A DNA stretch of 64,000 bases from Diplonema japonicum. Lineage: Eukaryota; Protista; Euglenozoa: Diplonemea. This document shows, piece after piece, positions 32,927 through 42,074 of this stretch (the stretch's first letter is position 1; each line of letters starts with the position of its first letter). Both the position numbers and the translations under genes were made by a program. The stretch is taken from NCBI GenBank assembly GCA_964019335.1, contig OZ025660.1, forward strand, positions 620,001 through 684,000, given 5' to 3'. The notes below the pieces were generated by a model, which did not search any database, was not told the DNA's origin, and worked only from the letters and a program-made list of their open reading frames with translations.

Positions 32927-35437
32927 TCACATCCCAAGCTTGGTCTTGGCCAGGTTGATGATGTACTCATCGGTTGGGAGCTTGTTGACAGTGGTGCCGG
33001 GGGACTGAGGAGGGCTGTGTCCGCACTCGGTGGCTTTACCAGAGGGCGTGAAAATGTTGAGGTTCTTCACGATAGTAGCCCCGGGACCGGAGCAACCTTC
33101 ACCCTTGCCAACAATCTCAGAGGTCATGACCAGAGTGTTGTTGAAGAAGGCATCGACGTGGCCGGCGATCTGGCTGCAGATGCCGAAGCCCTGCTGCAAG
33201 TACCCGTAGATGTTGTCGAAGTGCCAGTTGTCGTGGCCACCAGCGTCGTTCTTCATCCCTTGTAAACCAGAGACAAGGAAGTTGTCATGGGTGTGGAAGT
33301 AAGCACTCCCAGCATCGTTGTCAACAGCTTCCTGAAGGTTGTAGTTGTCAATCCAGAAGTTGTTCGAGATTGTCCTCCACGCCATCTGCACAGAGGGCTC
33401 ACCAGTCCTCACAGTTGTCAGGAACGGCTGCCTGTCCCACGAGTTGAAAGGCCCGTGGTCCTGGCTCTCCCTCAAAGTGGAGAAAAGCAGGTTCCCGTGG
33501 AGAACATCGCCGCCCCCCAGGCCGTCGTTGAAGTTGATCCCCGCACGGGGGCCGTTGAAGAACACGTTGTACTGCAAGTTCGACTCCGCCACCTTCCCTT
33601 GGAAGTAGAAGGCCGACTGCTTCTCTGTTGTTGTTGTTGTTGTTGTTGTTGCCATCCTCCTCCCAAAGGCATACCGTAGTGTCCGATCTCACGGGCTACG
33701 TTGTTGATGATGTTGGTGTACCTCGGGTGGTTCCCGTCGGTGCCGTCGAAGCCCTCAAGCGGGTTGGCACCAGTCTCGTTGGTGTACCCCCAGGCGGCCA
33801 TGCTGTTCCCACCAATCCATGCGAACTCGTTGCGGCTGACTGTGGCATTGCGGTTGTACCCACTCACGAACTGTTGTGTTGTGTTGTTGTTTGAATGTCA
33901 CATTGCATACCACGCCGTTCCCGTCAATGCGGGTGATGAAGTTGCTGTCAACGGTGCACTGCTCGGTGCCCTCCAAAAAAACCGCCCCCATCCTGTCCAG
34001 GGCCCAGTCACCACCAGAGGGAACGCCGTGCGCCTCCATGTAAGTGTAGCGGGTGGCGGTCATCTTCAGCCCACGAATGGTGACACCGACAATGGGGTTC
34101 CAGCGGGTCTCCGCAGTGAGGTTGAAGAGGGTCTTGATCTGGGGGATGACGTACTCCCCGTCGGCAGGCGGGGCACCAGTCGCATTGTGGTAGAAGTACA
34201 TCTTCTTCGCTGCCCTGTCGTAGAAGAACTCGTTCGGGTAGTCGAACTCCTCAAACACGTTCTCAATGAACCAGTCACCACCTATGCTGTTTCCTCTGGC
34301 TCCTTGGAATCCACCAAGCCCGAATGTGATGTTGTTGGTGGCGGAGTCGTAAGGACCTGCCTCGAACATCCAGTTTGCCCAACGGGCGGGCCTCCACACG
34401 TTCAAGATGGCACCCTCAATGTTCTTGTAGGGCATGTGAAGCCCAGAGTCAGGCCCGCCGTTGGGGGGTGCAATCACAGACGCATTTGGAGTCACGCCAC
34501 GTGGCAAGCGGAAGGGGAAGGCACCACCACCAGAGGGGTCCACGGAACACCAGTAAGAGACAGGAGGTGTGTAGATATCGCAAGGGCCCCCAATGCCCAC
34601 CATGTACTCCTGGTAGCCGTAGGTGGTGAAGTTCCTCATCTGCGAAGGGTTCGTGTTGGTGACGTACTTCTGTGTTCCCTGCTTGGAGAAGTCAGGGGGG
34701 GTCCATGTGGCGGCAGAGCTGGGAATCATCTGCACACCGTTTGGGTCACCAGCCTCCTCCTGCCTCTCAGGGAGTTCGACGTTCCCGTTGGGGTAGCGTG
34801 CCCTCGTGGCACGGACCCCGTTCATCTGGAAGCCCCACGCGTAGTCGATGCCTGCCTGCGACATGTCTGCGGTGTACATGTTGTTCCCGTTCGCGACGTT
34901 GTACGGCTGCCAGTCAAGACCCACCTTCTTCCCCCCGCTCACCGTCACCGCCTCCCCGTTGTAGTTCTGGATCGTGAGGTCCTTGTTCTCAGCCGTCACC
35001 TGAACCGCCTCAGTGAGGTAGCATGTCCCCGCCCGCAGGTTCACCGTTGTCTGCTGCCCCTTCCCTTTCGTCACCGCTGCCTGGATAGTCTTCAGGGGTG
35101 CCGTGATCGACCCGGAGTTCCCGTCGCTCCCCGTCGCGCAGTCCACGAACAACACTGCCGCGTCACCGGGCCTCGATGTGGGGAACGGGCCCCTCTTCGC
35201 CTCCTGGTCGGCGGGGGTGAAGCTCGGGATTCCACCAGTGTAGTTCTGGCAGTCCTTGTTCAGACCCAGTGCGTAGTACAGGTTCTCGAACTTCCCAAGT
35301 CGGGGGACGGTCTTCTGCCCGTACTCCCATGCGAGCTTCCTCATCTTACAGTTGAATGACTCGGGGCCATGACTCCAAATTGCAGTTGAGGTCTGCGCTG
35401 CCCCGAGCAGCAGCATCGCCATCGCGAGTGTTTTCAT
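32927..35437 (-). CDS. Secreted GH141-like beta-helix protein, copy 2; 2 introns
   Basis: Near-identical paralog of copy 1; lacks the third intron; has DNDAGS instead of DNDDGS. Confidence 0.75.
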
Positions 35438-35594
35438 CTTTTTTGTTTTAAGATCCCCCTGCGGGCGTGTTATTATTATCAAGCAAACAAAAGAAAAGGG
35501 GGGGGTGGAAAAACAAATAAACTTTAAGTCGTTAATTGGAAGAATAAAGAAAAGATAATAATACCCCATTCTTTTCTCCCCCGTCCATCCCCGT

Positions 35595-37448
35595 TCACTT
35601 AAACGTATCTATCTGGTGGAACCATGCATCGTTGTCGTCGCGGTCCCAGAGGAAGGGGTCACGCCACTCGGGGTTTAAAGCAGTATCGGTACAATAGTTG
35701 TGGTCGGTAATCCAAGAAGGAGAGGCGCAAGGAGGAAGACATGCATTGTGGTAACCACCCTTGCAATGGATGGACTCATTAGTGAAATGAAGGACCCAGG
35801 GTTGTTGCGCGAGGTAGTGTTCTCTGTAGTCGTGCCCCTTGTCAGCTCGTATGCCTTTCCATGGATTGTCGAACCCGTTCACGAAAACCTTTCTCCCTTG
35901 GTACATCACGGACACGGTGTGAACGTGAGGAGGCTTTCCCGCAGTTAGAGGATCCTTGGGAGACCGTAGGGATATCTGAAAGTCGGTTTTGTCCTTCAAG
36001 ACATTTGCGTATGACAGCTTCCGGTGAGGAAATTTAATAGTGAAACCTTTCGAACGCAGGACGTTGTATACAGCTTGCCCCCGTTCTATTAATTGGTCGT
36101 TTGTTAAATTAAACGCTACCAAGTCGAAATCCCCATCAGTCTCCCACAACAATTCTGTACCCATTCTCATAGCACCGAAGAGGTTGCCATGGTGAACGGA
36201 GACGGCGTATTTGAAATTAGCTGCGTTTTCAGCTTTCGGAGGGGAGAATTTGGGGTCGACCCACATGTCGTAGATCAAGACGAAATCGCGCTGCCGTGTG
36301 TACCTGTGGCATAGTGGTGAGTATCTCCCATCGACAGAATGTTGCAGGTTCCCACCTGTCTTGATACACGTGATTTCCCCCACGCGCTCGGATTTTTCGT
36401 TGAAGTAAGCTTCGATTTGATGTTTCTCTGCAAATTCTTTGGTGAAGGTGTCTTTCAAACCATCCTTCACAGGGTAGATCACCTCAGCAGCGACACCAAC
36501 TAGTATCCAACCGGATATCCGTGTAGGGGAAGCGGGGTACCCAGCGTCTTGTTTCAAAACCTCGTTGTGCGTCTTAATTCGCAGAAACAGATCGTTCAGA
36601 AGTGTCTTACCGTTCCACTTCCCAAAACCCCCGAGGGACGCCAACACTGTCTTCTTCAGCAAGAATATCTGCGAGGTTGTATCGCAGTACATGACACGCT
36701 GTTCGTGTCTTGAATACCCGAACGCTGGTTTTCTATGGTGCAGCTGCCATCTGGAATGGACGAGGTCCCAGCATGGTGTTGATAAAAGCCTTCCTTTTCC
36801 TTCGACAAGGCCTCCTAGGATATCAACGTCAGTTTCTTTTATCATCTCCAAGGCTTGGGTCAAGTTCGATTGGCTGCCCCACCATGACCCGTCCAGTATT
36901 ACTAGAACCAGCTCTGTTTTCGTTGTCTCGATCAACTCGTTGAGCTCCTCCCCGAGGGTTTCCCGTTCGCCTTCGTGCTCCGTCACGATTTGTATGTTCG
37001 GATGTTTCTTTAAAATCCCGGTAGAGACTTTTTCAACGTTCGTCCCGCCTTGTTTCGGGATCACCACAGAGATGGCATCTTCGACATTGCTGTCCCTCAG
37101 AGCACAGCCTTTACCCGCATAACCATTTTTACAAATGCATTTCAATGATATTGGATCGCACTTCCCTCCATGTTGACAGGCAGGACACTTAAGTTGCTGC
37201 TGCTGTTGTTGCTGTTGTTGTTGTGTGTCGTCACATTCTCTGCAAACGGGGCATTCTTTGCACTCGGGGCATTCTTCGCTGTCTATCGTGGTTTTGCCTT
37301 GCTTCTGTTTCATCTCTTTTATTATCATTTTGGCTTCGATAGCACATTGCTTGTCTCTGGCCCAACCCCAATACAGATTTACCAACGTGCCCATCGCCAC
37401 TATCAGTATCGAGTTCATCCTCCCCGAATTCCTCTTCGGGGCCAACAT
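35595..37448 (-). CDS. FKRP/LicD-like type II membrane nucleotidyltransferase-fold protein with EGF-like module and GT2-like stem
   Basis: N-terminal TM; EGF CQHGGKCDPISLKCICKNGYAGKGC; LicD-type motif GNLFGAMRMGTELLWETDGD (compare GTLLGAxRxxxxIPWDxDxD). Confidence 0.7.
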   Translation of the reverse strand: MLAPKRNSGRMNSILIVAMGTLVNLYWGWARDKQCAIEAKMIIKEMKQKQGKTTIDSEECPECKECPVCRECDDTQQQQQQQQQQLKCPACQHGGKCDPISLKCICKNGYAGKGCALRDSNVEDAISVVIPKQGGTNVEKVSTGILKKHPNIQIVTEHEGERETLGEELNELIETTKTELVLVILDGSWWGSQSNLTQALEMIKETDVDILGGLVEGKGRLLSTPCWDLVHSRWQLHHRKPAFGYSRHEQRVMYCDTTSQIFLLKKTVLASLGGFGKWNGKTLLNDLFLRIKTHNEVLKQDAGYPASPTRISGWILVGVAAEVIYPVKDGLKDTFTKEFAEKHQIEAYFNEKSERVGEITCIKTGGNLQHSVDGRYSPLCHRYTRQRDFVLIYDMWVDPKFSPPKAENAANFKYAVSVHHGNLFGAMRMGTELLWETDGDFDLVAFNLTNDQLIERGQAVYNVLRSKGFTIKFPHRKLSYANVLKDKTDFQISLRSPKDPLTAGKPPHVHTVSVMYQGRKVFVNGFDNPWKGIRADKGHDYREHYLAQQPWVLHFTNESIHCKGGYHNACLPPCASPSWITDHNYCTDTALNPEWRDPFLWDRDDNDAWFHQIDTFK

Positions 37449-37672
37449 TTCTTTTTTCGCTCGCCCACCTTTTTTTGTATTTAATTTTGCTTTTTTGCCC
37501 CCCCCCCCCGTCTTAACAAAAAGGGAAACGTAAAAGGGTTGGCGTTTTCTTTCAGAAAAGGTTGTGCAGAGCACCTATCCATCAAACACCTCTCATCTGT
37601 GATGACAAGGTCAGAGACTCTAGTCTTTTGTGCTTTGATAATCACTAAGCGCAAGTTGATGGTTTACTGGCA

Positions 37673-37741
37673 AGATCTTGTACCAGATAAAGGGAACCTG
37701 TGCAAGGTATGTAAGAGACCTCACAGGAGGGTTGCCGGTAC
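37673..37741 (-). ncRNA. Single-hairpin AGA-box H/ACA-like snoRNA S1 (predicted SSU target GGGAA-psi-N-AGGGUU)
   Basis: On + strand: tct (AGA box), lower stem gtacc/ggtac, pocket agggaa...agggtt around upper stem cctgtg/cacagg; matches the conserved 18S sequence GGGAAUNAGGGUUCG. Box-to-pocket spacing (~18 nt) is slightly long. Confidence 0.7.
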
Positions 37742-37786
37742 TCTTTTTTTTTGGGTTCGATTCGTTTCCTATTCTCATCCACTTCC

Positions 37787-37848
37787 TTCTCTCGCACCAG
37801 TATTATCCCGCAACCCTTACCACAAAGGGCACTGGTCCTTGATGGTGC
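37787..37848 (-). ncRNA. AGA-box H/ACA-like snoRNA S2 (target not identified)
   Basis: tct box, lower stem gcacca/tggtgc, upper stem ccctt/aaggg; repeated at 38199 and 47838. Confidence 0.6.
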
Positions 37849-37873
37849 TTTCATTGGTTACTCTTCCCCGGAA

Positions 37874-37937
37874 CTGTCTCGCATTGCTTCACAACCATCA
37901 CCCTATTAAGAGGGAACTGGCTCGCTTATAAGCTTGC
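37874..37937 (-). ncRNA. AGA-box H/ACA-like snoRNA S3 (target not identified)
   Basis: tct box, stems gctt/aagc and ccct/aggg; copies at 39778, 47501 and 47925, diverged copies at 38390 and ~63790. Confidence 0.6.
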
Positions 37938-37963
37938 TGAAAGCTTCCTTCTCTCTTCACTTC

Positions 37964-38027
37964 TCCTCTCGCATCAGGACTGGAGGATGGTATCTTTACT
38001 GCGAAAGGCCTTCCGTGGCACCCGTGC
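37964..38027 (-). ncRNA. AGA-box H/ACA-like snoRNA S4 (predicted LSU target ACUGGC-psi-U-GUGGCA, yeast 25S psi2826 equivalent)
   Basis: Pocket actgg...gtggca flanks upper stem gga.gg/ccttcc, 15 nt from the AGA box; pocket conserved in the diverged copy at 41663 while the loop differs. Confidence 0.75.
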
Positions 38028-38083
38028 TGTGTTCCTCCCTGGGTTGCTGAAAAGGAAAGCCAGACAGCACACCGGCAAGTTTG

Positions 38084-38152
38084 GAATTTTGCACCAGATA
38101 AAGGGAACCTGTGCAAGGTATGTAAGAGACCTCACAGGAGGGTTGCCGGTAC
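38084..38152 (-). ncRNA. snoRNA S1, second copy (AGA box mutated)
   Basis: Near-identical to 37673-37741 but has ttt where the other copies have tct. Confidence 0.5.
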
Positions 38153-38198
38153 TCCTTTTTTTGTGGGTTCGATTGGTTTACTATTCTCGTCCATTTCC

Positions 38199-38258
38199 TT
38201 CTCTCGCACCAGTATTATCCCGCAACCCTTACCACAAAGGGCACTGGTCCTTGATGGC
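38199..38258 (-). ncRNA. snoRNA S2, second copy
   Basis: Identical core to 37787-37848. Confidence 0.55.
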
Positions 38259-38285
38259 TCTTCTTCCTTGTTGTTTTCTGTCCAA

Positions 38286-38350
38286 GGGTCTCACGCTGAT
38301 AAAGCTCCCATTCCAAGCATGAGGTGCCCAACGGGTGGTATGTACAGCGT
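38286..38350 (-). ncRNA. AGA-box H/ACA-like snoRNA S5
   Basis: tct box, lower stem acgctg/cagcgt, upper stem ccc.tt/aa.ggg; copy at 40262, variant at 39165. Confidence 0.6.
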
Positions 38351-38389
38351 TGTTGTTTCTTCTTCTTCTCTTCTGCTTCTTCTATCCCA

Positions 38390-38452
38390 ATCTCTCGCAT
38401 CGCTTCACAACCAGCACCCTATTCAGAGAGGGAACAGGCTGTTACAAGCTTG
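38390..38452 (-). ncRNA. snoRNA S3, diverged variant
   Basis: Same frame as S3 with altered pocket (ctgttac versus ctcgcttat). Confidence 0.5.
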
Positions 38453-38479
38453 CTGCAAGTTTTCAAAAAAAAAGAAAAA

Positions 38480-38870
38480 AAGTTGTCGCGATTTTAGTGG
38501 TGCCATGCAGTATGTGACACAGCGGCCACCCTTGTGAAACTTCGCCCCGAAGCCTCCCAAGTCCCCTGTGGTCCCGTAGAAAGTAAAAGTGGAGAGGTAA
38601 AGAAAGCTTGGAAATTGAAATAGGGAGAGAGGCCACAGAAGCAATTAAACACCAACTGGAGAGTTGTGGGAGGCTTGCTTCACTGGCACGATGCCGCGGG
38701 GAGGCTACTTGCCTGACCTGGTGAAGCCACCTCCTTGTTCGATGTAATGGGATAAGGGACTCTCCGTTGAGGGCGATGCTAACTGGCGCCACGCGTAGGG
38801 TGGGCTCTCCACCCCCGTCCAGGTTTCCCCACGTGTACGGCTTTAGAACGAGAGTTTCCCTTTCGCTTGT
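38480..38870 (-). ncRNA. Unclassified structured RNA candidate (~390 nt) inside the snoRNA array
   Basis: Several long stems visible (minus strand aagggaaactctcgtt/aacggagagtccctt; aagcctccca/tgggaggctt; cttcac/gtgaag); ends in a hairpin followed by ACA and a U-rich spacer. Confidence 0.45.
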
Positions 38871-38948
38871 GTTTCTCCAAACCACAATTACCAGGAACCA
38901 CCACAGGGAGGTTGGAAACATTGGTCCCCCTTAAAAAGCTTGTGCCGC

Positions 38949-39016
38949 TTATCTCGCAGGTTTTTGACCCTCACTTGAACCAGCAACATGGGTTCGCAAG
39001 GAACACGAAACACTGC
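38949..39016 (-). ncRNA. AGA-box H/ACA-like snoRNA S6, guide for the SSU m1acp3-psi site (snR35/SNORA13 functional equivalent)
   Basis: On + strand: tct, 14 nt ending tttgac, upper stem cct...gaacc/ggttc...agg, then aacacg. This is an exact 6+6 match to the conserved 18S UUUGAC-UC-AACACG. Confidence 0.88.
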
Positions 39017-39042
39017 TGCGCTCGTGTGTTGTGTGTGCCCAC

Positions 39043-39109
39043 ATGTCTCGCACCCCTCCAACGCCTCTTTCATGTATGAAGAACGCGAAGTGGTGTTAAT
39101 TAAGGGTGC
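39043..39109 (-). ncRNA. AGA-box H/ACA-like snoRNA S7 (target not identified)
   Basis: tct box, lower stem gcaccc/gggtgc, upper stem aacgcc/ggtgtt; identical copy at 41756. Confidence 0.62.
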
Positions 39110-39164
39110 TCTCTTTTCCCTCTACTTCCCCTCCCCCAGCCCCCTTCTTTTTTACCCCCGCAAC

Positions 39165-39231
39165 GTATCTCACGCTGATAAAGCGCCCATTCCAAGCATC
39201 AACAGTGCCCAACGGGTGCCGATTACAGCGT
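39165..39231 (-). ncRNA. snoRNA S5 variant (pocket tgccgattac, possible SSU 3' major domain target)
   Basis: Same stems as S5; one pocket arm resembles the 18S segment (U)GCCGAUUACGUCCC as recalled for euglenozoans. Confidence 0.6.
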
Positions 39232-39330
39232 TGCCGTTCTTTCTTTGCGGGGTATCGCGTTCTGCATTTTGTGAAGGTGCTGGCTTTCCCATTGTGGTGG
39301 TGCTTCTTCCCTCCCTTTCTTCATGGAAGA

Positions 39331-39419
39331 CATCAGAAGAGGTGTAGTTTGTTGATAATGTTCCATTTCACGCCCCCCCAGGGGGAGATCATCTAACCGC
39401 AATATCGTGTCTCATCATC
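39331..39419 (-). ncRNA. Box C/D snoRNA CD1
   Basis: Minus strand begins AUGAUGA and ends CUGA ~85 nt later; internal AUGA D'-like box. Confidence 0.65.
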
Positions 39420-39472
39420 TGCCGTCCTTGCGTGCCGGTGCTTCCTTGTTTCTGTCTTCGTCCCGCTTCCGC

Positions 39473-39540
39473 TTATCTCGCAGGTTTTTGACCCTCACTT
39501 GAACCAGCAGCATGGGTTCGCAAGGAACACGAAACACTGC
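39473..39540 (-). ncRNA. snoRNA S6, second copy
   Basis: One loop substitution relative to 38949-39016. Confidence 0.85.
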
Positions 39541-39566
39541 TGTCTCTTATTATTATGAGAACTAAT

Positions 39567-39662
39567 GATCAGTTTCCTTCTGTCATTTATGTGTTAAAGG
39601 GGAATCAGGAGACTGTGTCTTCATAGAATGGACCAATGTTCTTTAACTACGGTGTCATCATG
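39567..39662 (-). ncRNA. Box C/D snoRNA CD2
   Basis: AUGAUGA...CUGA (D')...CUGA (D); identical copies at 47323 and 48241 whose similarity ends at or just beyond the boxes. Confidence 0.72.
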
Positions 39663-39777
39663 TGTTTCCTCCCATCCACCTTCCCTCCCTCGCCTTCTTT
39701 TTCTACAAAACGTTGCTTTGGGGCGCTTCTTTGACCTGTGCGCTCCACAGGCATGCAGGGATCCCCTGCTGCTTGGG

Positions 39778-39936
39778 GCCTCTCGCATTGCTTCACAACC
39801 ATCACCCTATTAAGAGGGAACTGGCTCGCTTATAAGCTTGCTGAAAGCTTTATTTTCTATTCCTATCACTTCTCCTCTTGCATCAGGACTGGAGGATGGT
39901 ATCTTTACTGCGAAAGGCCTTCCGTGGCACCCGTGC
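39778..39936 (-). ncRNA. snoRNA S3 + S4 tandem copies
   Basis: Cores identical to 37874-38027, with a diverged pyrimidine-rich (+ strand) spacer. Confidence 0.65.
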
Positions 39937-39987
39937 TGTGTTCCTCGAGCTTTCACTTCACGTGCTCTTTTCTTCTTCTTTGTGTCC

Positions 39988-40056
39988 TCATCTCCCGCCC
40001 ACTTTCACCCTGCAGCACAAACAGAGTGTGACTGCTGCAACGACAGCGGAGGGCGG
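39988..40056 (-). ncRNA. AGA-box H/ACA-like snoRNA S8 (single copy, target not identified)
   Basis: tct box, lower stem ccgccc/gggcgg, upper stem tgcagca/tgctgca. Confidence 0.55.
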
Positions 40057-40118
40057 TGGAAGAGCCAGGATGGAATGAAATTGTGTCGAATGAAGAGCCT
40101 TGGCTACAAATGGAAAGA

Positions 40119-40201
40119 AGTCAGAAGTCCTTGTTTGTAAATCATGAATTGAAAGATCAGAAGCAAGACTGGCATGTCGTGAAAGGGTCGTTGTCATCAT
40201 C
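40119..40201 (-). ncRNA. Box C/D snoRNA CD3
   Basis: AUGAUGA, D' CUGA, C'-like AUGAUU and D CUGA within 80 nt; identical copy at 48535 with different flanks. Confidence 0.78.
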
Positions 40202-40261
40202 TTGGTTTGTGCAAAAAAGAAAAGGAAACTTTTCCCACAAACTAGCAAAAGAGAACCGCTA

Positions 40262-40326
40262 GAGTCTCACGCTGATAAAGCTCCCATTCCAAGCATGAGG
40301 TGCCCAACGGGTGGTATGTACCGTGT
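40262..40326 (-). ncRNA. snoRNA S5, second copy
   Basis: Matches 38286-38350. Confidence 0.55.
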
Positions 40327-40788
40327 TGCGTTGCCTGCTACAACCTCAATGGAATGAGAAGTGTGTTCTCCCATTTGTCGGTACAAAAAAATGGGGAGGG
40401 GGGGATTTGGCTCACCACAAAAACAAAATAAATACAAGGACAACTATTTTCTCTCTCTTTTATTACCAAAAAACAGTATGACAAGAGAAAAAACAAGTGG
40501 GGGACAGATCAAGATGAAGAAAAACCATAGAACAAAGATTACAAAAGACAAATGAGTTAAAGGAGATCGTTGTGAGACGCTCCTGAAAAAAAGGAGGGAG
40601 GTGAGAAGAGAGAATGCACCGGAAAAAATGGATGTATCACGGAAGGTTTTTCTTTTGAAAAAAGTGTGATATTCATACAAACCCTTTTTGCTCAGTGCAA
40701 ATGTAAAGGAGGGGAAATGAAACCAGTTCCTTAACAGAAGCTGAGGATCAGATAAGAATGGGAAGGAGAGGGAGGATGTTCTAGTTCT

Positions 40789-41553
40789 CTAACCTTGCTT
40801 GACAGTGGCTTCCTTGTGGACCTCATCAATAGTCACACGACCGTTAGCTTCGGTGAGTACAGTTTTTTCGTCTACTACTGCATGGCACTTGTGGTTGGGG
40901 TCTCTGGTGATTTGCTCTACTTTTTCACGGTGGACGTGGCCAGCATAGGTGTCCTTGTCGGTGACAACAGTGTGTGTGGTTTCAACAGTGCCACGCACCT
41001 CCACAGTGTCAGTCACCTCGTGGACGCGGGCCCCGTTGACGACCTTGTCGTCGACGACGTGCCGGGTCACACTGCTGCCGGTTCGAGGGTCGAGCTCAGT
41101 TTCAATGATTTTCTCAATGGTGGTGACCTCTTCGTGGTGGTGCGACCCTGGTTCGTCCCTGTCCGTGACCACTCTCTTCACGATGCCGTCTCCCAGAAGA
41201 GTGCGGTTCGTGGTCACCCTTTGCTCTTCGTGAATGTGGTTCCCATCAATCTCTGTGTCCGTCACCAGCTTTTTTACGTGCCTGTTGCCCTTGTCTGTGT
41301 TCGTCACCTCCTGGTGGATGTGCTCCCCATGCAAACCATCCTTCTCCGTCACCTCCCTGTGCACGAGTTCACCGTTCTTTTCAAAGTCCGTGCTCTCCGT
41401 GTGAGTGTGCCCATTGGAGCTTACCTTGTCAATTACCTCCTTGTGCACGTGCTGTCCAAGTTCATCATGGTCCTTTACAACCTTTGTGATGGTCACATCC
41501 TTGTCGGTGATTGTTTCAGTCGTGGTCACGTCTTTTGTGGGCGCGTGCGACAT
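40789..41553 (-). CDS. His/Thr/Val/acidic repeat protein (~22-aa beta-hairpin-like repeats)
   Basis: Recurring xVTDx(D/E)xxGxHxHxEV units, e.g. DELGQHVHKEV, LHGEHIHQEV, IDGNHIHEEQ, EPGSHHHEEV, YAGHVHREKV. Confidence 0.8.
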   Translation of the reverse strand: MSHAPTKDVTTTETITDKDVTITKVVKDHDELGQHVHKEVIDKVSSNGHTHTESTDFEKNGELVHREVTEKDGLHGEHIHQEVTNTDKGNRHVKKLVTDTEIDGNHIHEEQRVTTNRTLLGDGIVKRVVTDRDEPGSHHHEEVTTIEKIIETELDPRTGSSVTRHVVDDKVVNGARVHEVTDTVEVRGTVETTHTVVTDKDTYAGHVHREKVEQITRDPNHKCHAVVDEKTVLTEANGRVTIDEVHKEATVKQG

Positions 41554-41662
41554 TTGTTTTGTGGAATGGAGGTTTTTTTGTTTCCTTTGTTTTTTTAAAT
41601 TGCTTGTGGGGGAGAGGGGAGGGTGCTTGCGCTTTTATTTTTTATTTCACGTGATGTAAGAT

Positions 41663-41727
41663 GATTCTTCCATCAGGACTGGAGGAAGGATCACTTTACA
41701 ATTAAAGGCCTTCCGTGGCACCCGTGC
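41663..41727 (-). ncRNA. snoRNA S4, diverged paralog
   Basis: Pocket arms actgga/gtggca and lower stem kept; upper stem is a perfect ggaagg/ccttcc; apical part changed. Confidence 0.7.
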
Positions 41728-41755
41728 TTTTTCTTTTAGGTTCTTTCTCCACAAC

Positions 41756-41822
41756 ATGTCTCGCACCCCTCCAACGCCTCTTTCATGTATGAAGAACGCG
41801 AAGTGGTGTTAATTAAGGGTGC
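41756..41822 (-). ncRNA. snoRNA S7, second copy
   Basis: Identical to 39043-39109. Confidence 0.6.
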
Positions 41823-42074
41823 TCTTTCTTCTCCTCGGGGGTTACTTTTCCTTTTTTTTTTCTTTTTTGTTGAACCTTTGGATTTCCCTCGTTTCGTGCC
41901 CTTTCCCTGGTTTACTTTATTTTTCAAAAAAACACAGTTCTATCGCAGACCAGCCAACCCTGAAGGGCCGACCGACTAGGATCGGAGGTGACAGAATGGG
42001 TGTGTTGAGTTCTCATCACAGAGTTCCCATTCGTAGGAAAGTCCCCGCTTCTCCCAAAACAGAAAAAAAGGAGA

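Noticed and set aside
38550-38770. RNase MRP (plus-strand AAGTCCCC) or SRP RNA (minus-strand GGTCAGG..AGTAGCC)
   Set aside because: Motifs are incomplete: no GAAAG context or CR-V for MRP, and no GNRA-capped helix 8 for SRP.
37539-40262. Short ORFs (60-150 aa) across the snoRNA arrays
   Set aside because: Frames are not conserved between repeat copies and spacers contain indels.
37600-40330. Repeat region as CRISPR array or SINE/ingi-type retroposon
   Set aside because: No constant repeat with unique spacers, no poly(A) tail or TSD, no convincing ingi/L1Tc 5' signature; units are better explained as snoRNAs with boxes and rRNA complementarity.
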